Part shown: positions 19,262 through 28,428 of the stretch, piece after piece
Position numbering within the stretch: the stretch's first letter is position 1
Layout of the letters: every line of letters starts with the position of its first letter
Assembly (NCBI GenBank): GCA_016235675.1
Contig: JACRJN010000131.1
Coordinates: forward strand, 1,779 to 65,778
Reading direction: 5' to 3'
Length of the DNA stretch: 64,000 nucleotides
Source of the DNA: Candidatus Schekmanbacteria bacterium
GTDB lineage: Bacteria > SZUA-182
Made by a program: the position numbers and the translations under genes
The notes under the pieces: model-generated
Database searches by the model: none
What the model was told of the DNA's origin: nothing
The model's input: the letters and a program-made list of their open reading frames with translations, nothing else

Positions 19262-20287
19262 ATGGCATATCACTTCAGAAATCTGGTTTTCGAGGGCGGC
19301 GGCGTTAAAGGAATAGCTTATGTGGGGGCAATGAAGGTTTTGGAGAGCAAGGGAATTCTGCCGGACATCGTCAGGGTCGGCGGAGCATCGGCAGGGGCGA
19401 TCAATGCCCTGCTTGCCGGTCTGAATTATACACCGACTGAGGTAAAGCAAATCCTGGGCGATCTTGATTTCAAAAATTTCATGGATGATGATTTCGGGGT
19501 GGTGCGCGATACCGATCGTTTGATCTCCGAATTCGGCTGGTACAAGGGCGATTTCTTCCGCAATTGGGCAGCCCGGCTGATCCGGGACAAGACCGGTGAC
19601 AGCGAATCGACTTTTGACAAGGTAGCATCATTAAAGGAGAGCCGAAGGTTTAAGGATATTTATTTTATGGGCGCCAATTTATCGACTGGTTTTTCGGAGG
19701 TGTTTTCCGCTGAGCATACCCCCAAAAAGCGTGTGGCCGACGCTCTGCGGATTTCCATGTCTATCCCCTTGTTTTTCAAGGCTGTTCGGAGTGACAGAGG
19801 CGATGTCTATGTGGACGGCGGGTTGTTGGACAATTATCCGGTAAAGCTTTTCGACCGCCAGAAATATATCGACCAATTCTCGCTCAACACCGATTACTAT
19901 GACGAACACAACAAGCAATTAAAGGCTCAGGGCAGGCAAATAAGCCCTTACGTTTATAATAAAGAGACCTTGGGTTTTCGCCTGGATACCGCCAAGGAAA
20001 TTGCGATATTTCGGAATCAGGCCGAACCGGAGCATAAGAAAATTAAAGATTTTTTCGATTACGCCTGGGGGTTGGTGGATACCATTATGGAAAGCCAGCA
20101 GAGCCAGCATTTGCATGGCGATGATTGGCAACGCAGCGTTTATATCGATAGCCTGGGGGTCAAGACCACCGACTTTAATCTCAGCGACAAGAAAAAGGCA
20201 GAATTGGAAGATTCCGGGAGGAAAGGGGCGGAGATTTATTTTAAGTGGTATGATGATCCGGACAGTACTCCGGTGAATCGCCCGTAA
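19262..20287 (+). CDS. Patatin-like phospholipase
   Basis: FEGGGVKGIAY oxyanion motif, GASAGA (GxSxG) and YVDGGLLDNYP (catalytic Asp). ATG at 19262 chosen because upstream codons translate the R-G repeat. Confidence 0.85.
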   Translation: MAYHFRNLVFEGGGVKGIAYVGAMKVLESKGILPDIVRVGGASAGAINALLAGLNYTPTEVKQILGDLDFKNFMDDDFGVVRDTDRLISEFGWYKGDFFRNWAARLIRDKTGDSESTFDKVASLKESRRFKDIYFMGANLSTGFSEVFSAEHTPKKRVADALRISMSIPLFFKAVRSDRGDVYVDGGLLDNYPVKLFDRQKYIDQFSLNTDYYDEHNKQLKAQGRQISPYVYNKETLGFRLDTAKEIAIFRNQAEPEHKKIKDFFDYAWGLVDTIMESQQSQHLHGDDWQRSVYIDSLGVKTTDFNLSDKKKAELEDSGRKGAEIYFKWYDDPDSTPVNRP

Positions 20288-20294
20288 GCTAAAA

Positions 20295-20356
20295 CCGAGA
20301 TACGAGGTACGAGATACGTAGAAAAGCATTTTCGTATCTCGTATCTCGTGCCTCGG
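20295..20356. repeat. GAGATACG tandem-unit palindrome (copy 2)
   Basis: CCGAGATACGAGGTACGAGATACG...CGTATCTCGTATCTCGTGCCTCGG. Confidence 0.9.
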
Positions 20357-20484
20357 TAATTGAGGCACTTTTCTTGCAGTAACATTGCTAACTATAAATT
20401 AACGGTACAGGCTTGTAACGGGGGGCTGGTTTTTTTCGAGCCTCGCAAGCCTGGAAACAGCAAATTTCAAACAGGAGGTTCGGA

Positions 20485-21495
20485 ATGGAAGGACAAACAT
20501 TAAGCTTGGCAGCGCATTTGCGGGACGAGCAAAAAAAGAATCCCAAAATCACCAATGGATTGATTAGTTTGTTGGGCGAGATGGCCTCAGCGTCCAAAGC
20601 TATTTCCCGCGACGTTAACCGGGCGGGATTGGTGGGTATTCTGGGACTGGCCAACAAGGTCAATGTCCAGGGGGAGGAAGTAAAAAAACTGGACGAATAC
20701 TCCAATGAGATCGTCAGAGCGCAGATGAGCAAAAGCGGGCAGGTTTGCATCATGGCCTCGGAGGAAGTCGATAACTCCATGCCGGTCGATGAGGGCTGCG
20801 AAGGCCCGTATACCATTGCCTTCGATCCGCTGGACGGCTCATCCAATATCGACGTGAACGTCAGTATCGGCACCATCTTCTCTATCCATCACAAGATCAG
20901 CCCCGGCACAAAGGGAACCGATGATGATTTGCTGCAACCGGGCAATAAGCAGGTCTGCGCAGGCTACGTACTGTACGGCTCAAGCACCATGCTGGTCTAT
21001 ACCGCGGGCTCTGGTGTACACGGCTTTACCCTGGATCAGGGCGTGGGCGAATTCTATCTGTCCCATCCCAACATGCAGATCAAGCCCAAGGGGGATATTT
21101 ACAGCATCAACGAGGGGAACTACCTCTATTGGGACAAAAACACCCAAAAATATATCGACTACCTGAAGGCCGAAGACAAGGCCACCAAGCGGCCCTATAA
21201 GGCGCGCTATGTCGGATCACTGGTGGCCGATTTCCACCGCACCCTGATCTACGGCGGCTTGTTCCTCTACCCCATGGACTACAAAGACCCGCAAAAGCCC
21301 AAGGGCAAGCTGCGCCTTCTATACGAAGCCGCACCCATGGCCTACGTCGTCCAGCAGGCCGGAGGCTACGCCAGCACCGGTTTTGAAGCGATCCTGGATA
21401 TTAAACCGACCGGACTGCATCAACGGGTGCCGCTAATCATCGGCAGCGTGGAGGATGTGAAGCAGGCGGAGAAATTTATTCAGAGGAAGGCGTAA
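20485..21495 (+). CDS. fbp: Fructose-1,6-bisphosphatase class 1
   Basis: 336 aa. FDPLDGSSNIDVN, GYVLYGSSTMLV and LRLLYEAAPMAY motifs. AGGAGG RBS upstream. Confidence 0.93.
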   Translation: MEGQTLSLAAHLRDEQKKNPKITNGLISLLGEMASASKAISRDVNRAGLVGILGLANKVNVQGEEVKKLDEYSNEIVRAQMSKSGQVCIMASEEVDNSMPVDEGCEGPYTIAFDPLDGSSNIDVNVSIGTIFSIHHKISPGTKGTDDDLLQPGNKQVCAGYVLYGSSTMLVYTAGSGVHGFTLDQGVGEFYLSHPNMQIKPKGDIYSINEGNYLYWDKNTQKYIDYLKAEDKATKRPYKARYVGSLVADFHRTLIYGGLFLYPMDYKDPQKPKGKLRLLYEAAPMAYVVQQAGGYASTGFEAILDIKPTGLHQRVPLIIGSVEDVKQAEKFIQRKA

Positions 21496-21540
21496 GAGTT
21501 CATTGTAAATCTATTAAATTTTTGGTAGAATTGTATTTTA

Positions 21541-21575
21541 AAAGGAGGCGTTGATTGACGCCTCCTTTTATTTAT
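21541..21575 (+). terminator. Rho-independent terminator after fbp
   Basis: AAAGGAGGCG TTGATTGA CGCCTCCTTT followed by a T-rich TATTTAT. Confidence 0.7.
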
Positions 21576-21592
21576 AGGGGCGAAAATTCTAT

Positions 21593-21815
21593 TAAGACGT
21601 AGCGCAGGGCTTTAGCCCCAATACTGTTCCCCTAACGTAGCGCAGACCTTTAGGTCTGCTCCGGAGTGCTCACAAAGCCACCCCATAAGCAGGGATAGAA
21701 GCCCTGCGCTACGTCTTAAGTGAACGGTATTGGCTTTAGCCCTGCTTCCGGACACACATCAAACCCGGTAGCCGGTAGCAGACCTAAAGGTCTGCACTAC
21801 GTTAGGGGAACAGTA
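21593..21815. repeat. R-A element whose first hairpin is interrupted by a second R-A element
   Basis: GTAG at 21599. The host hairpin GCAGG GCTTTAGCCC TGC is split. The right end is GCAGACCTAAAGGTCTGCACTAC (to 21800) plus GTTAGGGGAACAG. Confidence 0.85.
21619..21732. mobile_element. 114-nt R-A MITE-like element (TIR CAATACTGTTC.../...GAACGGTATTG) with a 10-bp target duplication
   Basis: GCTTTAGCCC at 21609..21618 and 21733..21742. Removing the element plus one duplicate restores the canonical hairpin GCAGGGCTTTAGCCCTGC. Confidence 0.8.
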
Positions 21816-21826
21816 AAGGGGCGGCT

Positions 21827-22093
21827 ATGACTAAATCAGCTTTATTCTCTTATCTTGAAGGATATAAGCTGGCTGATAAAATCATTAAAAAGGAAAAAAA
21901 ACAGCGGCTTTCTCAAATGACGTTTGAAGAATCCTTGCTTGAGTTTAATAACCTTTGCCTAACCTGGGAATCAGTTTCCAACAAAGAAGGAATGGATAAT
22001 TTGGAAAAGCGAAAAATTACCTTCCTTATCGAACAAAGAGCTCGCTTAGATAAAGCCGGCAGCCGGAAAGTGAAAAATGAATCAATACGCTAA
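21827..22093 (+). CDS. Hypothetical small protein, partner of the downstream nucleotidyltransferase-fold gene
   Basis: 88 aa. 17-nt overlap with the next ORF. No recognisable motif. Confidence 0.45.
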   Translation: MTKSALFSYLEGYKLADKIIKKEKKQRLSQMTFEESLLEFNNLCLTWESVSNKEGMDNLEKRKITFLIEQRARLDKAGSRKVKNESIR

Positions 22094-22652
22094 AGCTATC
22101 GATGAATTGCATGAATTTTTTGACCGGGAGGGAATATCTTATGCCATTATTGGAGGCATTGCTCTACAATATTGGGGAGAGCCTCGTTTTACCAGAGATA
22201 TAGACGTCACCGTTCTGGTTGATTTAGGTAAAGATGAAATAATCCTGCAAAAAATTCTTTCTGTATTCACGCCCCGCATCTCTGATGCCTTGAAATTTGC
22301 CCTGCAAAATCGTGTTTGTTTGGTTAGAAGCCGGGATGGGATCGAAATAGACATTTCTCTGGGTATTCCCGGATACGAAGAGAAAATGATGGGGCGTACG
22401 GTAGAATGTAATCTGGGCGGCAGCTATAATGTTAAGATTTGCTCGGCGGAAGACCTGATCATTCATAAAGCCGTCGCCGGAAGACCGCAGGATTTAGCTG
22501 ATATTGAGAGCATAATAATGCGCCAGGGTGAAAAATTGGATGAAGCATATATCCGTTTTTGGTTGGATGAGTTTTCTCTCTTGCTTGAAACCAAAGAAGT
22601 ATTGGAGCGGTTCGAAAATCCCTGGCGGCGGTTGCTTGGGGAAGATGAATAA
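22077..22652 (+). CDS. Nucleotidyltransferase-fold protein (AbiEii/MNT-like)
   Basis: IIGGIALQYWGEPRFTRDIDVTV matches the G(G/S)..(n)..D.D NTase signature. Confidence 0.5.
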   Translation: MNQYAKAIDELHEFFDREGISYAIIGGIALQYWGEPRFTRDIDVTVLVDLGKDEIILQKILSVFTPRISDALKFALQNRVCLVRSRDGIEIDISLGIPGYEEKMMGRTVECNLGGSYNVKICSAEDLIIHKAVAGRPQDLADIESIIMRQGEKLDEAYIRFWLDEFSLLLETKEVLERFENPWRRLLGEDE

Positions 22653-22697
22653 TTTGACTAACAAAAATTTTAAATAACAACATAGGAAGTAAAACTA

Positions 22698-23798
22698 ATG
22701 GGTTTAAATTGCGGTATCGTGGGCTTGCCGAATGTGGGCAAGTCCACCATTTTTAATGCACTGACCAGAGCCGGGGCGGAAGTTGCCAATTATCCCTTTT
22801 GCACCATTAACCCCAACGTGGGAGTGGTGGAGGTGCCGGACGAGCGCCTGGACACTCTGGCGCGGATGATGCAGCCCTCCAAGGTAACGCCGACCAACAT
22901 GCAATTTGTGGACATCGCCGGTCTGGTCAAGGGAGCCAGTACCGGCGAGGGTTTGGGCAATCAATTTTTGGGGCATATTCGGGAGGTCAACGCCATCGCT
23001 CATGTGGTGCGCTGTTTCGATGACCCGGATGTAGTGGTATCCAACAGTACCACCCTCGATCCCGGCCAGGATATTGACATTATCCACACCGAATTGATTT
23101 TGTCCGATCTGCAAAACCTGGAGAAGCGTTTATACAAGCAGCAAAAGGCCGCCAAATCGGGCGATGAAAAAGAGCGTCAGACTTTAACCACTTGCAGTAA
23201 AATCAAGATCGGTCTGGAAAAGGGCATTCCGGCGCGACAGTTAAGCCTCTCAGCAGAGGAAACGGTTATCCTAAACGAGCTGCAATTGATGACCGGAAAG
23301 CCGGTGCTTTATGTGCTCAATGTGGGCGAAGACCCGTCTCCCAAGGAACAGCAGCATATCCAGACAGTAACCGAACTGGCGCAAAAAGAAAAAGCTGGGG
23401 TGGTAAGAATCAACGGTAAGCTGGAGGCGGAGTTAAACGAGTTGGAGCCGGAAGAGCGCAAAGCCTTTTTAGCTGAACTGGGATTGCAGACCAGCGGTTT
23501 GGAAAATTTGATTCAGGCCAGCTATAGCCTTTTGAATCTGATTACCTTTTTCACCGGCGCCGCCCGATGTGAATTGCGCGCCTGGACGATCAAACAAGGC
23601 ACCAAATTTCCCCAGGCCGCCGGAACGATCCACACCGATTTCGAACGCGGCTTCATCCGCGGCGAGGTCATCCATTATGAGGACTACGTTAAAGTCGGCT
23701 CGGAAGCCGCCGCCCGCGACAAAGGTATGCTCCATGTGGAAGGCAAGGAATATGTGGTGCAGGATGGGGATATTGTGCATATCCGGTTTAATGTGTAG
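22698..23798 (+). CDS. ychF: Redox-regulated ATPase YchF (Obg-family)
   Basis: 366 aa. GIVGLPNVGKST, DIAGLVKGAS and C-terminal TGS-like FERGFIRGEV motifs. Confidence 0.95.
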   Translation: MGLNCGIVGLPNVGKSTIFNALTRAGAEVANYPFCTINPNVGVVEVPDERLDTLARMMQPSKVTPTNMQFVDIAGLVKGASTGEGLGNQFLGHIREVNAIAHVVRCFDDPDVVVSNSTTLDPGQDIDIIHTELILSDLQNLEKRLYKQQKAAKSGDEKERQTLTTCSKIKIGLEKGIPARQLSLSAEETVILNELQLMTGKPVLYVLNVGEDPSPKEQQHIQTVTELAQKEKAGVVRINGKLEAELNELEPEERKAFLAELGLQTSGLENLIQASYSLLNLITFFTGAARCELRAWTIKQGTKFPQAAGTIHTDFERGFIRGEVIHYEDYVKVGSEAAARDKGMLHVEGKEYVVQDGDIVHIRFNV

Positions 23799-23859
23799 CG
23801 TATGTTTTTGTATAGCGCACGGGGTTAGAATCTCTCGTAAGAAACTCGTAATGCTCCCC

Positions 23860-25086
23860 TCACCTGGGACTTAAAGCCATAAGCGCATAGGCCGCATTCA
23901 TGAACGCCCCTGGCATATATGTCTTGTCCGCTATTTGAAGTATGGTACCGCTTTTATCCCAACGGGCAAAACCGGACAGATTATAAATCTCCATCCCATC
24001 TGTTCCGCTGCCGTCGACACGTGCAGCCATCGAAGTATAGTTAGGCGCGCCCACGGCAAAAACCACATCCCGAAAGGTGGCGGCGTATTTTTCCATATCC
24101 TTATCCGGATAATAATCTCCGAATTTTTCCAGAGACATTTCCATCACCATAGTCATGAAATACTCGGCATAATTAATCTTTTGATAACCCTCGTCGTTTC
24201 CCCAGACGTTATGTTTCCAGACAAAAGCCTGCGGTTTGGCAGTATTGGTTTGGACATGCTTTACCAACATATCGGTATAATAGTTGGCTTTTTGTAAATA
24301 TATCTCCTTCCCGGTCATTTTATATAAATAATAGGCGATGCGCGCCAAATTGGAAATCGGATGGGTGAAACGTTTTTCAATCCCGCTCCAGGCCTCGGAA
24401 AGACTCCCTTTTCTCACAGCCCATTTGCCCATAAAATGATTCTGCAAATAATTCAGCCAAAAATCAGCCTGTTGCTGATATTTCGGATTTAAGTGCTTGT
24501 TCAGGTAAAAGGCATAGGTAATCGCCGCTACCCCGCCGTGTGTCATGGCCTCATCCATCGGGTCTTCATCGGTGCAGAAGTAAGGGTAATTGACGTTATA
24601 ACCGCTTTTGGGATAGAATTCCAGTTGCAGCCAGTCTAAAAACCCATCCGTACTGCCGTTGCATTTATCGGCGCCCGGCATGGCGTTGTCCGGCAATCGC
24701 CATTCGTCTTTAAGCAGCGCACGCGCCATATCCATTATCGCCGCCGCTTCATCTAAAAATTTCAAATCCCCGGTCGCCCGCAAGGCCATCATCAGCGCGC
24801 TGACATACTCATTGACCACCCGCATCCGGTAAAGACTGCCGCTTTTGGCATTGTATTCGATATATGATTTTCTATCCGCTATCGATTCCCAAAGGCGGTT
24901 ATACCAAACCCGCATTTGGGGGGATAATTCGTCGGGATTGAATTTGGGATTGCCGTATAAAGGCACAGAGATGACTGTAGCGCTGACCACTTCTTTATTG
25001 GAACTAACCTTGGCTTGCGCCATATTATTGAAGATTAAGATAAAAGTTATAATGTTAAAGAATAATCTTTTTGTCCATGGTTTCAT
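23860..25086 (-). CDS. Secreted protein of unknown function, last gene of the polysaccharide locus (possibly an alpha/alpha-toroid lyase/hydrolase)
   Basis: ATG at 25086 gives the signal-like MKPWTKRLFFNIITFILIFNNMAQA. Upstream track codons translate the R-H repeat. The functional guess rests on context only. Confidence 0.4.
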   Translation of the reverse strand: MKPWTKRLFFNIITFILIFNNMAQAKVSSNKEVVSATVISVPLYGNPKFNPDELSPQMRVWYNRLWESIADRKSYIEYNAKSGSLYRMRVVNEYVSALMMALRATGDLKFLDEAAAIMDMARALLKDEWRLPDNAMPGADKCNGSTDGFLDWLQLEFYPKSGYNVNYPYFCTDEDPMDEAMTHGGVAAITYAFYLNKHLNPKYQQQADFWLNYLQNHFMGKWAVRKGSLSEAWSGIEKRFTHPISNLARIAYYLYKMTGKEIYLQKANYYTDMLVKHVQTNTAKPQAFVWKHNVWGNDEGYQKINYAEYFMTMVMEMSLEKFGDYYPDKDMEKYAATFRDVVFAVGAPNYTSMAARVDGSGTDGMEIYNLSGFARWDKSGTILQIADKTYMPGAFMNAAYALMALSPR

Positions 25087-25116
25087 AATGCCCCCTTTTA
25101 AAGACTGTGCCGCAAT

Positions 25117-25172
25117 GTAGTTACCTGATTTATCAGGTACGACCCGTGGTACCCGATAAATCGGGTAACTAC
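25117..25172. repeat. R-H doublet (copy 2)
   Basis: GTAGTTACCTGATTTATCAGGTAC...GGTACCCGATAAATCGGGTAACTAC. Confidence 0.9.
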
Positions 25173-25181
25173 AATTACCCA

Positions 25182-26936
25182 TCACCCTTTTCTCCAAATA
25201 GCATAATCATTGATGACTAATAAATCAAGCTTTGATTTTAATAAAACGTCAACAGCCTGATCGCTGTTTTCCACAATGGGGTGACCGTGCAAATTAAATG
25301 AGGTATTCAGCACACAGGGAATCCCGGTCTTTTGGTAAAAGCCCTCGACAATCTGATAGAAATCCGGATAGCGCTCTTTGGTCACCGTCTCAGCACGGGC
25401 GGTAAAATCGGACTGATGCAGGGCGCAGGCGATACTCTCCCTTTGGTCTTCCACGGTTTCGAAGGCAAACATCATATACGGCGATCCTTGAGATTTTAAA
25501 GCGTTGGGAATCCTGATCAATTGCCCGGCTTTGTCCCATAACATCGCCGGAGCAAAGGGCATCCAGAAATCCCGGTTCTTTATCGCCCGGTTGATTTTGC
25601 CCACCACATTTAAATTGGAAGGGTTAGCCAGAATGGATCGATTTCCCAGCGCTCTTGCGCCGAATTCCATCGGCCCGGAACAGCGCGCCACAATCTTGCC
25701 GGCAACCAATTGCCCGACAATGTAAGCGTTGATGTCCTTGATTCGCTCGTATTCGATCTGCCCCCGGTATTTTTCTAAAACCGCGGGCAAATCCCCGCCG
25801 ATAACAGACCCCAGGCAATAGGATTTTAAATTGTCCACCTTTTTTTCTATATGGGTGTTGTACAGATAAAACCCGGCGCCGAACACATTGGATTCATCCC
25901 CGCAGGAAGGGAAAACATCGATGTATTCCACCTCCGGCATCTGAGACAAAAGCATATTGGTCTTGACGTTCATAAAAACACCGCCGCTGCACAGAATTTT
26001 CCCGACCCCGTATTTTTTGATCGCCCCCCGAATCCAGGCGCCGAGAATCTCCTCGGTAAAGGCTTGCAGACCGGCAGCCACATTATCAAAACGCGCCCTT
26101 TTCAAATCATTTAACAAATGGCGCATGAAAATTTCATGATATAACAATTTGGAATTTTCAAAGCGGGTATCGTCGTCGGCCAGTTTGAGAAACTGGCTGA
26201 AATACTTTTTATATTTGTCTTGATGTTTTTTGTCAACATAAGGAGCCAAACCCATTAATTTATATTCATGTTCGTGAGGGGTAAAACCCAGATGATGGGT
26301 CACCGCCGAATACATATTCCCGATCGAATAGCAAGGAGAGCTTGACAACAACTGCAAGTTTCCGCCCTGCCCCAGATACAGCGCGCTGGTATAGCGATCC
26401 CCGCCGCCGTCTAAGGTAAACACCAGGTACTTTTCATCCAGATGCCTGGCCAGTCCGTAATAAGCCGCCGAGGCATGGCACAAATGGTGCTCGACGCGCT
26501 CGATTCTGTCCGGCCTAAACCCCAGGTGCGCCAAATAATCCAAATCTTTTTCTTTGCCGCGGTTAATTTGCTGACGCGAGCGCAGATAGACCCCGAACAG
26601 GAAATCGCTGGACTTGATATTTTTTCTTAGCTCATTGCGTACTCTGGTGATATTGATCGGATTGCCGCAAGCCCGCCGATAATGCCGCTCATAGTTATTG
26701 TAAAAGGTGGTGCGGTTCAGCTCCCGATAAATGGCGTTAGCAATACCGACATATTCCACCTCAGATGGCCGGACGATTCCGTTTTTGATGATATAATCCA
26801 GCGCTTTATAGGGGAAGCCCATCCAGTTTTTGGTTCTAATCAGACGCTCCTCTTCCATACAAAACACCGGTTTGCCGTTCTGAAAAACCCCCAGCGAACT
26901 GCCTAACCCCGAATTTATGGTCACTATTGTGCTCAT
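25182..26936 (-). CDS. Carbamoyltransferase (NodU/CmcH family)
   Basis: MSTIVTINSG..S.GVFQNGK N-terminus, HHLCHASAAYY, and a C-terminal NTSFNLHGHPIV motif. ATG at 26936 follows AGGAGAAGG. Confidence 0.88.
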   Translation of the reverse strand: MSTIVTINSGLGSSLGVFQNGKPVFCMEEERLIRTKNWMGFPYKALDYIIKNGIVRPSEVEYVGIANAIYRELNRTTFYNNYERHYRRACGNPINITRVRNELRKNIKSSDFLFGVYLRSRQQINRGKEKDLDYLAHLGFRPDRIERVEHHLCHASAAYYGLARHLDEKYLVFTLDGGGDRYTSALYLGQGGNLQLLSSSPCYSIGNMYSAVTHHLGFTPHEHEYKLMGLAPYVDKKHQDKYKKYFSQFLKLADDDTRFENSKLLYHEIFMRHLLNDLKRARFDNVAAGLQAFTEEILGAWIRGAIKKYGVGKILCSGGVFMNVKTNMLLSQMPEVEYIDVFPSCGDESNVFGAGFYLYNTHIEKKVDNLKSYCLGSVIGGDLPAVLEKYRGQIEYERIKDINAYIVGQLVAGKIVARCSGPMEFGARALGNRSILANPSNLNVVGKINRAIKNRDFWMPFAPAMLWDKAGQLIRIPNALKSQGSPYMMFAFETVEDQRESIACALHQSDFTARAETVTKERYPDFYQIVEGFYQKTGIPCVLNTSFNLHGHPIVENSDQAVDVLLKSKLDLLVINDYAIWRKG

Positions 26937-26971
26937 GCCTTCTCCTGACAATAAACCCCACCTTGAATTTC

Positions 26972-27031
26972 GTAGTCCCAGCCCTTCAGGGCTGATCTTC
27001 CAGGGCTAAAGCCCTGGCACTACGGCTACGG
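26972..27031. repeat. R-B doublet: GTAGTCCCAGCCCTTCAGGGCTG ... CCAGGGCTAAAGCCCTGGCACTAC(GGCTACGG)
   Basis: Lies between two 47-nt direct copies of the gene junction (26899..26945 and 27052..27098). Confidence 0.9.
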
Positions 27032-27085
27032 CAGGAATGTTTGGTGGTATCCTGCCTAACCCCGAATTTATGGCCACTATCGTGC

Positions 27086-28216
27086 TCATGCCTTCTCCAA
27101 TACCTGTATATACAACTCTTGGGTAGTTTTCAGCATCTGCCGCAGGGAAAACCGCTCTTCGATAATTCTTCTCCCGCGCTTTCCAAAAGCCTCCGCCAGA
27201 TTCTTATCCGCTAACACCCGGTTAATCGCCGCAACCAGCGGCTCAGGCTGATTGGAGGGGACTAAAAACCCGCTGACACCGTCTTCAACCAATTCAGAGC
27301 AGCCGCCGACGTTAGTTGCGACTACCGGCTTTCGGGCGGCCATCGCCTCCATGATCGCACCCGGCAGACCCTCGGAGATTGAGGTAAGCACCAGAACATC
27401 GAAAACCTGCAAAATCCGGGGGATGTCATCCCGCGTACCCAGAAAGAAAAAACGATCCCTTAGGGAAAAATCCTTCAGCCAGCCGGCCTTGGCGGTCTGA
27501 TCCAAACCCTGGCCGGCCAGGACAAAACAGAGATGCTCTTTTTGAGCGGCTAAAATTTTGGCGGCCTGAATAAATAAGGGAATGTTCTTGGCCACAGCAT
27601 CCCGGCTGATTATTCCCACTACCTGAGAATCCGACGGCAAGCCCAACTGCGCCTTAATTATTCCCCTGTCTTCGGTCAATTTAAACAGGTCTGGATCGAT
27701 CCCGTTAAAAATAGTTATAATCTTGCTTTCATCCAACCCAAGATTATCGACCAGGTAATCCTTTAAATCCAGGGAATTGACCATGACGATCGCTGCTGAA
27801 TTAAGTGCTAGGGTATCGAAAAATTTTCTTAAAGCCGAGGGACTTTTCCGATAGCCCAGCACCGAGGGGATAAAAGCCTTGATGCCCGCAAGCTTACAGG
27901 CAAAATAGCTGTACACGACAGCAATATACAACAGGGCATGAACGATTTGAATTTTTTCTTTTTTAAAGAGCCAGGCCAGTTTAAATAAGCGGATTAAATC
28001 GAAGTTGGATTTTCTTTTAAAGGTATAGACCTTGATCCCCTGCTTCGTCAGCTTTTCCCCGTAAGGGTAATCCTTCTCCGACAGGCAAAACACTGTGGGA
28101 TTAAACCGGGTGCGATCCAGGCGAATCACCATTTCATATAGCTGCTGCTTTTCCGCCCCGCCCCAGGATAACTGCCCGATGACGAGCGCCAGATTTATCG
28201 GTTGATCTATTTGCAT
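27086..28216 (-). CDS. Glycosyltransferase family 4 (GT-B)
   Basis: 376 aa. C-terminal SISEGLPGAIMEAMAARKPVVATNVGG (EX7E-type) motif. Confidence 0.88.
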   Translation of the reverse strand: MQIDQPINLALVIGQLSWGGAEKQQLYEMVIRLDRTRFNPTVFCLSEKDYPYGEKLTKQGIKVYTFKRKSNFDLIRLFKLAWLFKKEKIQIVHALLYIAVVYSYFACKLAGIKAFIPSVLGYRKSPSALRKFFDTLALNSAAIVMVNSLDLKDYLVDNLGLDESKIITIFNGIDPDLFKLTEDRGIIKAQLGLPSDSQVVGIISRDAVAKNIPLFIQAAKILAAQKEHLCFVLAGQGLDQTAKAGWLKDFSLRDRFFFLGTRDDIPRILQVFDVLVLTSISEGLPGAIMEAMAARKPVVATNVGGCSELVEDGVSGFLVPSNQPEPLVAAINRVLADKNLAEAFGKRGRRIIEERFSLRQMLKTTQELYIQVLEKA

Positions 28217-28224
28217 GTTTATTT

Positions 28225-28428
28225 TTTTGTATTTGGTAGCACAGGCTTCTAGCCTGTGATATCATTTTCTGGTTGTCATTCCCGAATGACTTTATCGGGA
28301 ATCCAGTTCTAAAGTTCTAATTGCTTGAAAAGCCATATCCCCGATAAAGACATTCGGGGATGACAGAGTGCCTTCTCAACCAGAAAATGATATGACCTGT
28401 GATGCACAGGCTAGAAGCCTGTGCTACC
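28225..28428. repeat. Composite palindrome: R-E hairpins at both ends plus ATCATTTTCTGGTT arms, enclosing R-K (28275..28364)
   Basis: GGTAGCACAGGCTTCTAGCCTGTG ... CACAGGCTAGAAGCCTGTGCTACC. The right end supplies the stop codon of 28424..29056. Confidence 0.9.

Noticed and set aside
27009-27031. TGGCAC within R-B right arms (CTGGCACTACGG) as sigma54 -24 elements
   Set aside because: The required -12 TTGC(A/T) element is not present at the correct 5-nt spacing in any copy I checked (27014, 42666, 61497).
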